Origin: Pseudodesulfovibrio piezophilus C1TLV30
GTDB lineage: Bacteria > Desulfobacterota > Desulfovibrionia > Desulfovibrionales > Desulfovibrionaceae
Direction: 5' to 3'
DNA: 32,000 nt
Assembly (NCBI RefSeq): GCF_000341895.1
Contig: NC_020409.1
Coordinates: 1,620,001 to 1,652,000, forward strand
Shown here: one piece after another, positions 17,263 through 25,664 of the stretch
How the letters are laid out: every line of letters begins with the position of its first letter
Numbering within the stretch: position 1 is the first letter of the stretch
The notes under the pieces: generated by a model
The model's database searches: none
What the model saw: the letters and a program-made list of their open reading frames with translations, nothing else
Told to the model about the DNA's origin: nothing
Program-made: the position numbers and the translations under genes

Positions 17263-18279
17263 ATGCATGAAGCCCGGCTGTGGAAACCACTTCGAAAGCC
17301 CCTTGTCCAGTGTCAACTCTGCAATCATTTTTGTCTCATCAAACCAGACATGCGCGGTCGATGTGGAGTTCGGGAAAACATTGACGGCACTCTCTACACC
17401 TTGAATTATGGAAGAGTCGCGGCGGTGAATCTTGACCCGATCGAAAAAAAACCGCTCTATCATTTCCAGCCGGGTACACAAACCTATTCCTTTGCAACCA
17501 TGGGGTGCAATCTAAGCTGCTCATTCTGCCAGAACTGGTCCATTTCCCAACCTCCACGAGTTGATGGAACTCTTGAAGGTCAGCCAAGGAGTCCCGAGAT
17601 GCTGGTCAGGGAAGCTCTCCGCCTCAATGCATCATCCATTGCCTACACCTATACTGAGCCAACCGTATTTTTCGAATTGATGCACGATACTGCCCAGCTT
17701 GCTAGAAATAATAAATTAAAAAACGTTATGGTTTCAAATGGATACATGAGTCGCAAATGTCTTGATGCGCTCGGCCCTGATATAGATGCCATCAACGTGG
17801 ACCTCAAATGTTTTACAGAAGATTTTTATCAGGATCTTTCCGGCGCGGCCCTGGCTCCGGTTCTTGAAAATCTTCGGTATATCAAGAACGAATTGAAATG
17901 GTGGTTGGAAGTCACCACACTGCTTATCCCCGGAAAAAATGATTCAGCCCACGAACTCAATGCCCTGACGGACTTTCTTGTTTCGGAATTGGGACCGGAA
18001 ACACCCTGGCATATATCACGGTTTCACCCGGATTATAAGATGGGCCGAACACCGGCAACATCTCGCGACAGCCTGGACATGGCCTATGAAATTGGTTGTC
18101 AAAAAGGGCTCAAATATATCTATATCGGCAATATGCCGGGTCTCGACAGGCAGCACACGCACTGCCCCGGTTGCGGTCATCGGGTGATCACCCGCTCAGG
18201 CTTCGGTGTGGCCCTGACAGAACTGGAGCATGGGACGTGCTCTCAGTGCGGTAAAAAGATCCATGGTATAAATTTATGA
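17263..18279 (+). CDS. Radical SAM enzyme of the AmmeMemoRadiSam (PflA-like activase) type
   Basis: 338 aa from ATG 17263 (GAGGGA upstream); the track ORF starts at 17185. N-terminal Cys motif is CQLCNHFC..GRCGVR. The radical SAM motif is GCNLSCSFCQNW. A C-terminal zinc ribbon reads HCPGCGH...CSQCG. Confidence 0.8.
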   Translation: MHEARLWKPLRKPLVQCQLCNHFCLIKPDMRGRCGVRENIDGTLYTLNYGRVAAVNLDPIEKKPLYHFQPGTQTYSFATMGCNLSCSFCQNWSISQPPRVDGTLEGQPRSPEMLVREALRLNASSIAYTYTEPTVFFELMHDTAQLARNNKLKNVMVSNGYMSRKCLDALGPDIDAINVDLKCFTEDFYQDLSGAALAPVLENLRYIKNELKWWLEVTTLLIPGKNDSAHELNALTDFLVSELGPETPWHISRFHPDYKMGRTPATSRDSLDMAYEIGCQKGLKYIYIGNMPGLDRQHTHCPGCGHRVITRSGFGVALTELEHGTCSQCGKKIHGINL

Positions 18280-18425
18280 TGTTCGGACTTGCCAAGGGGA
18301 TTCTTTTTCAGTAGGTATTCACTCCCTTCGACGGAATATCAGCTTTTGGCTGGGACCGTCAGAGTCACCCGCCCACCAGAATACGGGCTTCTCCAGTTCA
18401 CTGGAAAACAAGGGTGCGAAACAGT

Positions 18426-18502
18426 CGGGGCATGGCGCAGTCTGGTAGCGCGCCTGCTTTGGGAGCAGGATGCCGGGAGTTCAAATCTCTCTGCCCCGAC
18501 CA
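18426..18502 (+). tRNA. tRNA-Pro: tRNA-Pro (anticodon UGG)
   Basis: I folded the cloverleaf by hand. The acceptor is CGGGGCA/TGCCCCG and the D stem is GCGC/GCGC. The anticodon stem CCTGC/GCAGG carries the loop TTTGGGA (UGG, G37). The T arm is GGGAG-TTCAAAT-CTCTC. The discriminator is A and the CCA is encoded. Total length 77 nt. Confidence 0.95.
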
Positions 18503-18512
18503 CGAAAATCAA

Positions 18513-18547
18513 GTGACTTCAGGTGATCACCTGAGGTCACTTTTTTT
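18513..18547 (+). terminator. Rho-independent terminator after tRNA-Pro
   Basis: GTGACTTCAGGTGA/TCACCTGAGGTCAC is a near-perfect palindrome followed by TTTTTTT. Confidence 0.85.
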
Positions 18548-18795
18548 CAATGGCGTCAACTTTCCTTGAAAAATCGGGAAGAGGGACTCCATGTATTGAG
18601 TCTCTCTTCCTGTTTATTTGCCAAGTGAATTACCGAGACTTCACTCCGTAGGCGACACTGGGCGATGAGTCTGGCACTACTTTTCCCTGCACCAATCATT
18701 TTCCAACCTGCGTCCGGCTTTGTTTGACTCTTTCCTTTGAAAAGGACAAAACATGGTAAGAAAACCACTTATGCCCGACTCCAGCAGGATGTGCC

Positions 18796-20172
18796 ATGTT
18801 ACGAAATATCTCCCGGCCCGCGATTTTTGCATTGTTGACACTTTGTCTGGGAATCCTGGCCGGGTACGCGACCAGAACAGCCGGGTCTCAAGTCCAATTG
18901 ACGGGCATCGCAGTGACTTTGTTGATCTGCTGCTGGGGGTTCCGACTGACGGCAGAAGGAACGGCAGCCATGCTCTTCTTCCTGTTTCTCGCAGTGGGCC
19001 ATGTCATTGAACCTCGCTCTATCTTCGGGGGCTTTTCCTCCCCTGCTTTCTGGTTGATCTTCTCGGGTCTGATCATAGGGAAAGCGATCAAGGTTTCCGG
19101 CTTGAGCGATCGGCTCGCTTACATATTTCAGGGGAAAGGCACAGGTTCATATGCTTCGGTCTTGGCTCGCGTGGTCATGGCCGCGGTCCTCTTCGCCTTC
19201 GTGGTCCCCTCTGCACTGGGGAGGATCATTATCCTCCTGCCTATGCTTGAAGCTGTAGCCCACAATTACGGATTCAAAAAAGAGGATACCGGATTCATCG
19301 GGATCATGCTGGCTGGTGTTCTCGGCACCTATTATCCGGGCTTCACCATCCTGCCGTCCAACCTCCCCAATATCATCATGGCCGGCTCTGCCGAAACCAT
19401 CTACGGCATCACCATCGGCTACATGGATTATTTCCTTTTACATTTCCCGATTCTGGGCGCGGGCAAGGCTCTTCTTCTGTGGCTGTTCATACTCAAGGCT
19501 TTCCCGGCCACATTGACAGCGCAGGGGCAGGAACGCCCCCCCCAAGCGTGGCAACCGGCTGAACGAATTGCCCTTGTTGTTCTGGCTGCCGCCCTGATTC
19601 TCTGGATGCTCGACTCTATCCATGGTATTTCACCGGGCTGGATCAGCCTTGGTGCGGCATTGATCTTCCTCCTCCTGCCCAAATGGTTCGGCACGGAACT
19701 GTTCTCGGGCGTCAAGTTTGACACTCTGCTTTTCGTTGCCTGCGCTATCGGCGTGGGAGAAATAATTGAGGTTTCCGGGCTTGGAGCCTTTGCTTCCACC
19801 AGCCTCCTGCACATTGTCCCGCTTGACGGAGCAGGACCGGCCAAATCAGTCCCGGTGATTCTGACCATGTTCATGGGAACAGGACTCATGACCCTGATGC
19901 CAAGCATTCCATCCGTCTTCGTCCCATTGGCAGACGGTATCGCACAGGCCAGCGGGCTGCCTTTGAAATCTCTCCTAATGCTACTCGTCCCTGCCTTTTC
20001 ATCCTTTCTTCTCCCATACCAAGCCCCTCCCCTCATCGTGACCATGCATTATGGCGGCATCACCTACCGAACCATGGCCAAGGTCACCCTCAGCATTTTC
20101 CTCTTCACTCTTCTGATCATCTTCCCCCTTGATCTGCTCTGGTGGAAACTGCTGGGCGTTCCTTTACACTAG
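18796..20172 (+). CDS. SLC13/DASS (ArsB/NhaD-superfamily) anion permease
   Basis: 458 aa, polytopic membrane protein. The N-terminal region ...FGGFSSPAFWLIFSGLIIGKAIKVSGLSDRLAY... is typical of DASS/CitT-like permeases. The substrate is unknown. Confidence 0.7.
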   Translation: MLRNISRPAIFALLTLCLGILAGYATRTAGSQVQLTGIAVTLLICCWGFRLTAEGTAAMLFFLFLAVGHVIEPRSIFGGFSSPAFWLIFSGLIIGKAIKVSGLSDRLAYIFQGKGTGSYASVLARVVMAAVLFAFVVPSALGRIIILLPMLEAVAHNYGFKKEDTGFIGIMLAGVLGTYYPGFTILPSNLPNIIMAGSAETIYGITIGYMDYFLLHFPILGAGKALLLWLFILKAFPATLTAQGQERPPQAWQPAERIALVVLAAALILWMLDSIHGISPGWISLGAALIFLLLPKWFGTELFSGVKFDTLLFVACAIGVGEIIEVSGLGAFASTSLLHIVPLDGAGPAKSVPVILTMFMGTGLMTLMPSIPSVFVPLADGIAQASGLPLKSLLMLLVPAFSSFLLPYQAPPLIVTMHYGGITYRTMAKVTLSIFLFTLLIIFPLDLLWWKLLGVPLH

Positions 20173-20291
20173 GAATCACGAAACCCCACCGGGGAAGTCT
20201 GAATATTGCGCATCGCGGTCAACCGGATATCCTTGCCAAAAGCAATACGGCATTGTGCCGACTGCAATAAAAACACAGATTGGAGAGAACC

Positions 20292-20633
20292 ATGTATTGC
20301 CTCTATGCGTTCAATGGAGACTTGATGTGCTTTGTCCATGTTCTGCTCAATGGGCTGGATATGCAGGAACGGGGGAAGGATGTCGCTATCGTCCTTGAGG
20401 GGGCTGCGGTCACTCTGGTCCCTGAACTGGAAAAAGTGAGCTGTCCTTTCCATGCTCTCTATAATAAGGCCAAAACAACGGGCCTGATTGACGGAGTCTG
20501 CAAAGCATGTTCGGCAAAACTCGGTGTGCTTGATGCAGTCAATGAAGCCGGGCTGGTCCTGCTTGATGACATGTCAGGGCACCCCTCCATGGCGGCTTAT
20601 ACCGAAAAGGGATACACAATCATCACCTTTTAA
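20292..20633 (+). CDS. DsrE-family small protein (short ~115-aa DsrE-like type)
   Basis: GGAGAG lies before ATG 20292; the track uses TTG 20280. The protein is 113 aa: MYCLYAFNGDLMCFVHVLLN...IVLEGAAV...GVCKACSAKLG...YTIITF. This resembles the short DsrE-like proteins as I remember them. Confidence 0.6.
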   Translation: MYCLYAFNGDLMCFVHVLLNGLDMQERGKDVAIVLEGAAVTLVPELEKVSCPFHALYNKAKTTGLIDGVCKACSAKLGVLDAVNEAGLVLLDDMSGHPSMAAYTEKGYTIITF

Positions 20634-21081
20634 CCCTCCTCGAAAACACCTCTTCCCTGGTAAGAGAGTGGAGACTCTCAGCTCTCTGGCCTTGCCATCA
20701 CCCTGAGTTGCATTCACTTTTCGATCGAAACAGGGTGCCTCCATGCTTTTGCATCAATCCATTTCATGCGTGGGAACGCCTGAGCATGAATGTTACGCCA
20801 TTTTATCCTGACTAAAAAAATCAACAATACAAGAGAATAAGAAGCGCATTGATGTGTCTTTTCGTGCAAAGGTATCTCAATTGGACATTTCGCAGAATAT
20901 TGCTTAGATATTGGCCGTTTTTTGGGGAGAAAAAACGGAAAAGACAAAGGGAGTTCGTACAAAGTACGAGACAGGAGTATCTTTTCCGCTTGCAGACAAA
21001 CGAGGCGGTCCCTCGTGTGTCTCTCTTCTTCATCCCGCGGACAAAGGCGGGGAGAATCTCAAACCATACAGGTGATAGATA

Positions 21082-22566
21082 ATGGCTCAACGTGAACAAT
21101 GGGGTTCCCGTGCCGGCTTTGTGCTGGCAGCGGTCGGCTCCGCCATCGGATTAGGAAACATCTGGCGTTTCCCATACATGGCCTATGAAAATGGCGGAGG
21201 CGCTTTTCTCATTCCTTACATTTTCGCCCTGCTCACAGCAGGCATTCCCTTCATGATCCTTGAATTCGGCATGGGGCACAAATTCCGTGGCTCCGCGCCC
21301 AAAGTTTTCAGTCGAATCGGCACCAAGTGGGAATGGCTTGGTTGGATGCAGGTTCTGGTGGCTCTGGTCATTTCCATATATTATGTGGCGGTTATCGGCT
21401 GGACCATCAACTACACCGGTTTTGCGGTCAACCAGGCATGGGGAAGTGATCCCAAGGGATTTTTCTTCGGTGAATATCTCGGTCTGACAGGTTCTCCGCT
21501 GGAATTGGGCGGCATCCGCTGGCCTATCCTCGGGGCATGCACCATGGCCTGGGCCATCACCTGGCTTGCATGTACTTCCGGTATACGCAAAGGCATTGAA
21601 CGAGCCTGCAAGGTGCTCATTCCATTGCTCTTCGTCCTCGTGCTGGTGCTCATATTCCGTGTCGTGAACCTGCCCGGCGCAGCCACTGGTCTCGACTATC
21701 TTTTCAACCCCGATTTCAGCAAGCTGGCTGACTTCTCTGTCTGGGCCGATGCCTATGGCCAGATATTCTTCTCCCTGTCGGTCGGATTCGCCATCATGCT
21801 GGCCTACTCCAGCTATCTGCCCAAGGAAGCGGATATCAACAACAACGCAGCCATTACCGTCTTCATGAACTGTGGTTTCTCCATGCTCGCAGGCATCATG
21901 ATCTTCGCGGTGCTCGGCAATATGGCCCACGCCACAGGACAGGCTGTCAATGACGTGGCCGGAGCCGGTGTCGGTCTTGCCTTCATTACCATTCCGGCAG
22001 CTATCAACACCATGCCCGCACCCGTATTCTTCGGCACTTTGTTCTTCGTTTGCCTGACCATGGCCGGCGTCAGCTCCCACATCTCCATTGTGGAAGCCGT
22101 CTGCTCTTCCTTTATCGACAAATTCGGCTGGAGCCGTAAAAAGACCACAACGCTGGTCTGTTCCTTCGGCTTTGCCATGACCGTCATTTTCACGACTGGC
22201 GGCGGCCTGCTCATTCTCGATATTGTTGACCACTTCATCAACAACCTCTGCATTCTGGGCCTGGCCTTGTTGGAAATCGTCCTGATGAGCTATATTGTCG
22301 GGCTTGAGGACATCCGTAACCATGTCAATGCATCTTCCGATTTCACGGTGGGCAATGCATGGATGCTCTGCCTCAAACTGGTGACCGTCGCCGTTCTCGG
22401 CTACACGTTCATCATGAATATAGTGACCGACTACGGCACTCCGTATGGCGGGTATGCCACCAAAGACCTTCTGGCCCTTGGCTGGTCCATCCTGCCCATT
22501 GCGTTTGTCATGTCCTTAGCCCTGAACAGGAAGCAGGCAGTACCCGGCTTCATCGGCAAAAAATAG
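21082..22566 (+). CDS. Sodium-dependent NSS/SNF-family (SLC6-like) transporter
   Basis: 494 aa with the signature N-terminus WGSRAGFVLAAVGSAIGLGNIWRFPYMAYENGGGAFLIPY and 11-12 TM segments. Confidence 0.95.
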   Translation: MAQREQWGSRAGFVLAAVGSAIGLGNIWRFPYMAYENGGGAFLIPYIFALLTAGIPFMILEFGMGHKFRGSAPKVFSRIGTKWEWLGWMQVLVALVISIYYVAVIGWTINYTGFAVNQAWGSDPKGFFFGEYLGLTGSPLELGGIRWPILGACTMAWAITWLACTSGIRKGIERACKVLIPLLFVLVLVLIFRVVNLPGAATGLDYLFNPDFSKLADFSVWADAYGQIFFSLSVGFAIMLAYSSYLPKEADINNNAAITVFMNCGFSMLAGIMIFAVLGNMAHATGQAVNDVAGAGVGLAFITIPAAINTMPAPVFFGTLFFVCLTMAGVSSHISIVEAVCSSFIDKFGWSRKKTTTLVCSFGFAMTVIFTTGGGLLILDIVDHFINNLCILGLALLEIVLMSYIVGLEDIRNHVNASSDFTVGNAWMLCLKLVTVAVLGYTFIMNIVTDYGTPYGGYATKDLLALGWSILPIAFVMSLALNRKQAVPGFIGKK

Positions 22567-22575
22567 GAGACTTCC

Positions 22576-22677
22576 ATGTCCACATCCGCAATCATCATGA
22601 TGGTCGTCGGTCTGGGTGTTACATGGGGAGGCGCAGCATTCTGCATTCGCCTCGCCATCAGCAAACAAAACGATTAA
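22576..22677 (+). CDS. MetS-like NSS transporter small subunit (33-aa single-TM micro-protein)
   Basis: Below the ORF-track size cutoff. AGGAGA lies 5 nt upstream of ATG 22576, 10 nt after the NSS stop. The sequence is MSTSAIIMMVVGLGVTWGGAAFCIRLAISKQND. It fits the M..GAI.MM..G...WGG.A pattern of small subunits encoded after MetP-type NSS genes. A strong terminator follows. Confidence 0.7.
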   Translation: MSTSAIIMMVVGLGVTWGGAAFCIRLAISKQND

Positions 22678-22753
22678 GACCAGACACCTTTGCTGAGCGG
22701 TCCGACGACGGTTCCTCACTTCCGGATTGACCGGAGTTGTCAAGACTCAAAAC

Positions 22754-22806
22754 AGGCAGGCCTGTTCCGTGTATAAGCGGAACAGGCCTGCCTCATTTCT
22801 TTTGTC
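22754..22806 (+). terminator. Rho-independent terminator of the NSS/MetS operon
   Basis: A perfect 16-bp stem AGGCAGGCCTGTTCCG / CGGAACAGGCCTGCCT with an 8-nt loop, followed by CATTTCTTTTG. Confidence 0.8.
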
Positions 22807-22911
22807 GTCAAAAGAACTCGAATTCATCCTTTTCAAGGCAGGAATTGCCAAGAACCAAAATTCCTTTTATCTTCTGAGAATGAGAGAAGACATGAAGCTT
22901 GGAGAATCCTG

Positions 22912-24063
22912 ATGCACCGACGACACCTCTTCCCGTTCCTGCTCCTCTGCACCATGATATCATGGAGAGGACAAGCTGCTGCTTTCCACCAATCCCCCCC
23001 ATTCATCACCGTGGATGAATTCGTTGCCCTGCATCCGGAACAGCACTCCCTGATGCAGACATTCAGTCAAATTGTCGCACAACCAGGAGTCAAGCAGGGG
23101 AAAATCCACAAGAAAAGAATCAAGATTGCTGTCATCTATCCGGATATTCAGGTTTCCGACTATTGGCGACGGAGCCTGCACTCATTTATTGAACGCCTGG
23201 ATGAAATCGGCATCAACCACTCTGTGACTGAATATTCTTCAAAAACTTCCAACGAATACAAGGCGCAATTCGGCCAGGTTCAGAATGCCCTTGAAGATGA
23301 CCCGGATTACCTTATTCTGACCTTTGATATTTTCCGACACAAAACTCTCGTTGAGAGACTTCTGAAAAGAAAACGTCCCAAGATAATCCTGCAAAACATC
23401 CTAACCCCGCTCAGGGATTGGGAAGGATTTCAACCGTTCATGTACGTCGCTTTTGACCACACCATCGGAGCCCGTCTTCTTGCTGATTATTTTACAATGA
23501 GAACCGGCGGAAAAGGGACATATGGATTGCTGTATTTTCCGACCGGGTATGTCAACACCATGCGCAGCGACACCTTCCGCAACCTGATGGAAAGGACATC
23601 GATAAAACTGGTCAAATCCGCCCATACAGACAGTACAGTGGCCGATGCAGCCAAAGCAGCCAGGGAGATCCTGTCCCACCAGACTGTGGACTTCATCTAC
23701 GCGACCTCCACCGACATCGCCCTTGGTGCAATCAAAGCCATAAAACAACGACATCAAAGCGGCAAAGTTCTGATCAACGGATGGGGAGGAGGCAGCGCAG
23801 AGTTGAAGGCACTCATGAAGGGAGACCTGGATGTAACCATCATGCGCATGAATGACGACAACGGGGTCGCCATGGCGGAAGGAATCCGCCTCGACCAGGA
23901 AGGACGTGGAGACACAGTCCCGACTATCTATTCCGGGGAAATGGTTCTGATCGAAAAAGGCATTGCCCCCCATGATCTCGAAATGCTGATCAAACGAGCC
24001 TTCCGCTACTCGGGGAAACCTTCCCTAGACATACCAATACATGACCACAAAGTGACAAAATGA
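22912..24063 (+). CDS. luxP: LuxP-like periplasmic autoinducer-2 (furanosyl borate diester) binding protein
   Basis: 383 aa with GGAGA as RBS and a signal peptide. Blocks are collinear with Vibrio harveyi LuxP as I recall it: IAVIYPDIQVSDYW, DYLILTFD, IILQNILTPLRDW, QPFMYVAFDH, DFIYATSTDIALGA, INGWGGGSAELKALMKGDLDVTIMRMNDDNGVAMAE and KRAFRYS. Confidence 0.8.
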   Translation: MHRRHLFPFLLLCTMISWRGQAAAFHQSPPFITVDEFVALHPEQHSLMQTFSQIVAQPGVKQGKIHKKRIKIAVIYPDIQVSDYWRRSLHSFIERLDEIGINHSVTEYSSKTSNEYKAQFGQVQNALEDDPDYLILTFDIFRHKTLVERLLKRKRPKIILQNILTPLRDWEGFQPFMYVAFDHTIGARLLADYFTMRTGGKGTYGLLYFPTGYVNTMRSDTFRNLMERTSIKLVKSAHTDSTVADAAKAAREILSHQTVDFIYATSTDIALGAIKAIKQRHQSGKVLINGWGGGSAELKALMKGDLDVTIMRMNDDNGVAMAEGIRLDQEGRGDTVPTIYSGEMVLIEKGIAPHDLEMLIKRAFRYSGKPSLDIPIHDHKVTK

Positions 24064-24666
24064 GCCACCAAGAACAAAAAGATGAAAAATTTCGTGAAAC
24101 CCAAGAATTCTCGGAATCGGATCTGGCCACTTAAACGCATAGATAATGGCCCCCAACGAGTAGACAACTCCACCGGCTACCAGCCAGAACAGCGCCCCGG
24201 CAGAGAGGGCCTGAACCAATGGGTAAATCCCCACAATGACAAGCCATCCCATGGCGAGATAGACAGCTGTCGACAGTCGGCGCGGTGCCTGAAGCCAGAA
24301 TATTTTCATCATGATTCCAGCCAGCGCCAGCCCCCAGATAATCCCGAAGAGAGACCACCCCCACGGTCCACGCAAGGGGATCAGACAAATGGGGGTATAG
24401 GTAGCGGCAATGTAGAAAAAGATCATGGAGTGATCAACACGTCGCAAAAACAATACTCCCTTCTCGGAAACGGGGAGCCAATGATACAGCGTACTCGCTG
24501 TATACAACAAGATCATCCCGCCGCCAAAAATGGAAAAAGTCACAATATGCCACGGCATGACAGGATTCACAGAACGAACGATAAGCAGCACGGTAGCCAA
24601 TACCGCCAGAAAGGCCCCGATAAGATGGGTCAATCCGCTGACCGGATCACGAAGATTCAGGATCAT
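24025..24666 (-). CDS. Hemolysin III / PAQR-family membrane protein
   Basis: Starts at ATG 24666 (GGGAG 7 nt upstream); the track start is 24732. Seven TM segments, with motifs LTHLIGA, YTASTLYH, RVDHSMIF and HEIFHLFVL. Confidence 0.9.
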   Translation of the reverse strand: MILNLRDPVSGLTHLIGAFLAVLATVLLIVRSVNPVMPWHIVTFSIFGGGMILLYTASTLYHWLPVSEKGVLFLRRVDHSMIFFYIAATYTPICLIPLRGPWGWSLFGIIWGLALAGIMMKIFWLQAPRRLSTAVYLAMGWLVIVGIYPLVQALSAGALFWLVAGGVVYSLGAIIYAFKWPDPIPRILGFHEIFHLFVLGGSFCHFVVMYWYV

Positions 24667-24822
24667 GGAAAACTCCCTGTATGGTGTCTCTATACCCCAT
24701 GAGTACACGCTTCCCCTCGCTTGAACAAGCACTTGCCATGCCTGTCGGACTCACTGAATGAGGATCGAAAGACACTGACGGGATTGTCCAATTTTCGAGC
24801 CTGAAATCGATTCCCCGAAAGA

Positions 24823-25269
24823 TCAATCCATAAGCATGGGGCGTGATTCGCTCTGGGCACATTGCTCCACATCGGCAAGCATATCTGCGAGGGTAAAGCT
24901 ATTCAACCGCTCATACATCGCTTCGGCCGCTTCACACCAGAGACGTCGCGTCAGGCAGACCTCAATCCGGTCACACCCGTCAAGACCGCTCCGGCACTCT
25001 ACCAAAGAATCGTCCCCTTCCAGGACTCGCACCACTTCGCCCATGGGAATTTCCGATGCGGGCCGAGCCAGGGCATGCCCCCCCCGCGGTCCACGCTTGC
25101 TTTTGATAAATCCCGCATCTTTGAGTTTACGAATCAATTTCTCCAGGTACTTAATGGAGACTCCCTGTCGCTCGGCAATGTCCTGAATGCGCACCAGACC
25201 ATTATCGCAATGTTGAGCGATATCGACCGCCATCCGTGTCCCATACCGACTCCGTGTCGTTAACCGCAT
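24823..25269 (-). CDS. Rrf2-family transcriptional regulator (second copy)
   Basis: 148 aa: MRLTTRSRYGTRMAVDIA..., IKSKRGPRGGHAL, and a C-x6-C-x5-C cluster (ECRSGLDGCDRIEVC). Confidence 0.9.
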   Translation of the reverse strand: MRLTTRSRYGTRMAVDIAQHCDNGLVRIQDIAERQGVSIKYLEKLIRKLKDAGFIKSKRGPRGGHALARPASEIPMGEVVRVLEGDDSLVECRSGLDGCDRIEVCLTRRLWCEAAEAMYERLNSFTLADMLADVEQCAQSESRPMLMD

Positions 25270-25581
25270 GCTTCCCCTCGCAATGTTATAATAAATTGAG
25301 CGTTGATCTCAGCTTCACACAAATTCAAAAAAGAGCGCACGCCCCCGAGAACCACCACCAGCTTGGCCAAAATTCCCCAAATTTTCGGCCCATCAAACAC
25401 ATTTGCGCTTCGCCAAAGAGCAACGCCAATACAAATCAAGTGTACCAAACTGATGAGAATAACCCCGAGAAAAACATACTCCCCCCCCCGCACCAAGCGA
25501 AAGGATAGGGAAAAGAACAAGCATTGTACTCACTATCACAAGCTTGATACCCACCCCATAAATCCAGAAAGTTTGCACCAA
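25260..25581 (-). pseudogene. Small (~107 aa, ~3 TM) membrane-protein ORF split into two frames at a C9/G9 homopolymer. This could be a frameshift, a sequencing error or a phase-variable tract
   Basis: GGAGAGG RBS lies 5-8 nt before TTG/GTG 25581/25578. Frame A reads VQTFWIYGVGIKLVIVSTMLVLFPILSLGAGGG. After the tract at 25481..25489, frame B reads EYVFLGVILISLVHLICIGVALWRSANVF...LAKLVVVLGG. One fewer G would fuse them. The 3' end overlaps the Rrf2 start by 10 nt. Confidence 0.45.
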
Positions 25582-25664
25582 GGGAACCTCTCCCCTTCAC
25601 AACATCTTTATTAAATTCATTAAATTATCACTATAAAACGATCTATTTTGGAGGGGAATTACCA

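Noticed and set aside
18556-18768. 70-aa minus-strand ORF between the tRNA terminator and the permease gene, and a TGGCAC-containing motif at ~18672
   Set aside because: The ORF has no RBS or homology features. The TGGCAC is followed by TGCA at the wrong spacing (10-nt spacer) for sigma54.
18426-20300. tRNA-Pro as an integration hotspot or genomic island border
   Set aside because: There is no integrase, no direct repeat of the tRNA 3' end downstream, and no compositional break. The downstream genes are ordinary transporters.
20714-21099. Small ORFs and three short hairpins (20915..20938, 20956..20970, 21001..21017) in the AT-rich NSS leader; possible riboswitch
   Set aside because: The ORFs look non-coding (AT-rich, Lys/Phe/Leu-rich). 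The hairpins do not match any riboswitch consensus I know, including glycine and other amino-acid classes. The evidence is too weak to call.
21151-22323. 390-aa minus-strand ORF
   Set aside because: It is antisense to the NSS transporter, whose signature N-terminus is unambiguous. The ORF is rich in Asp, Glu, Gly and His with no hydrophobic core.
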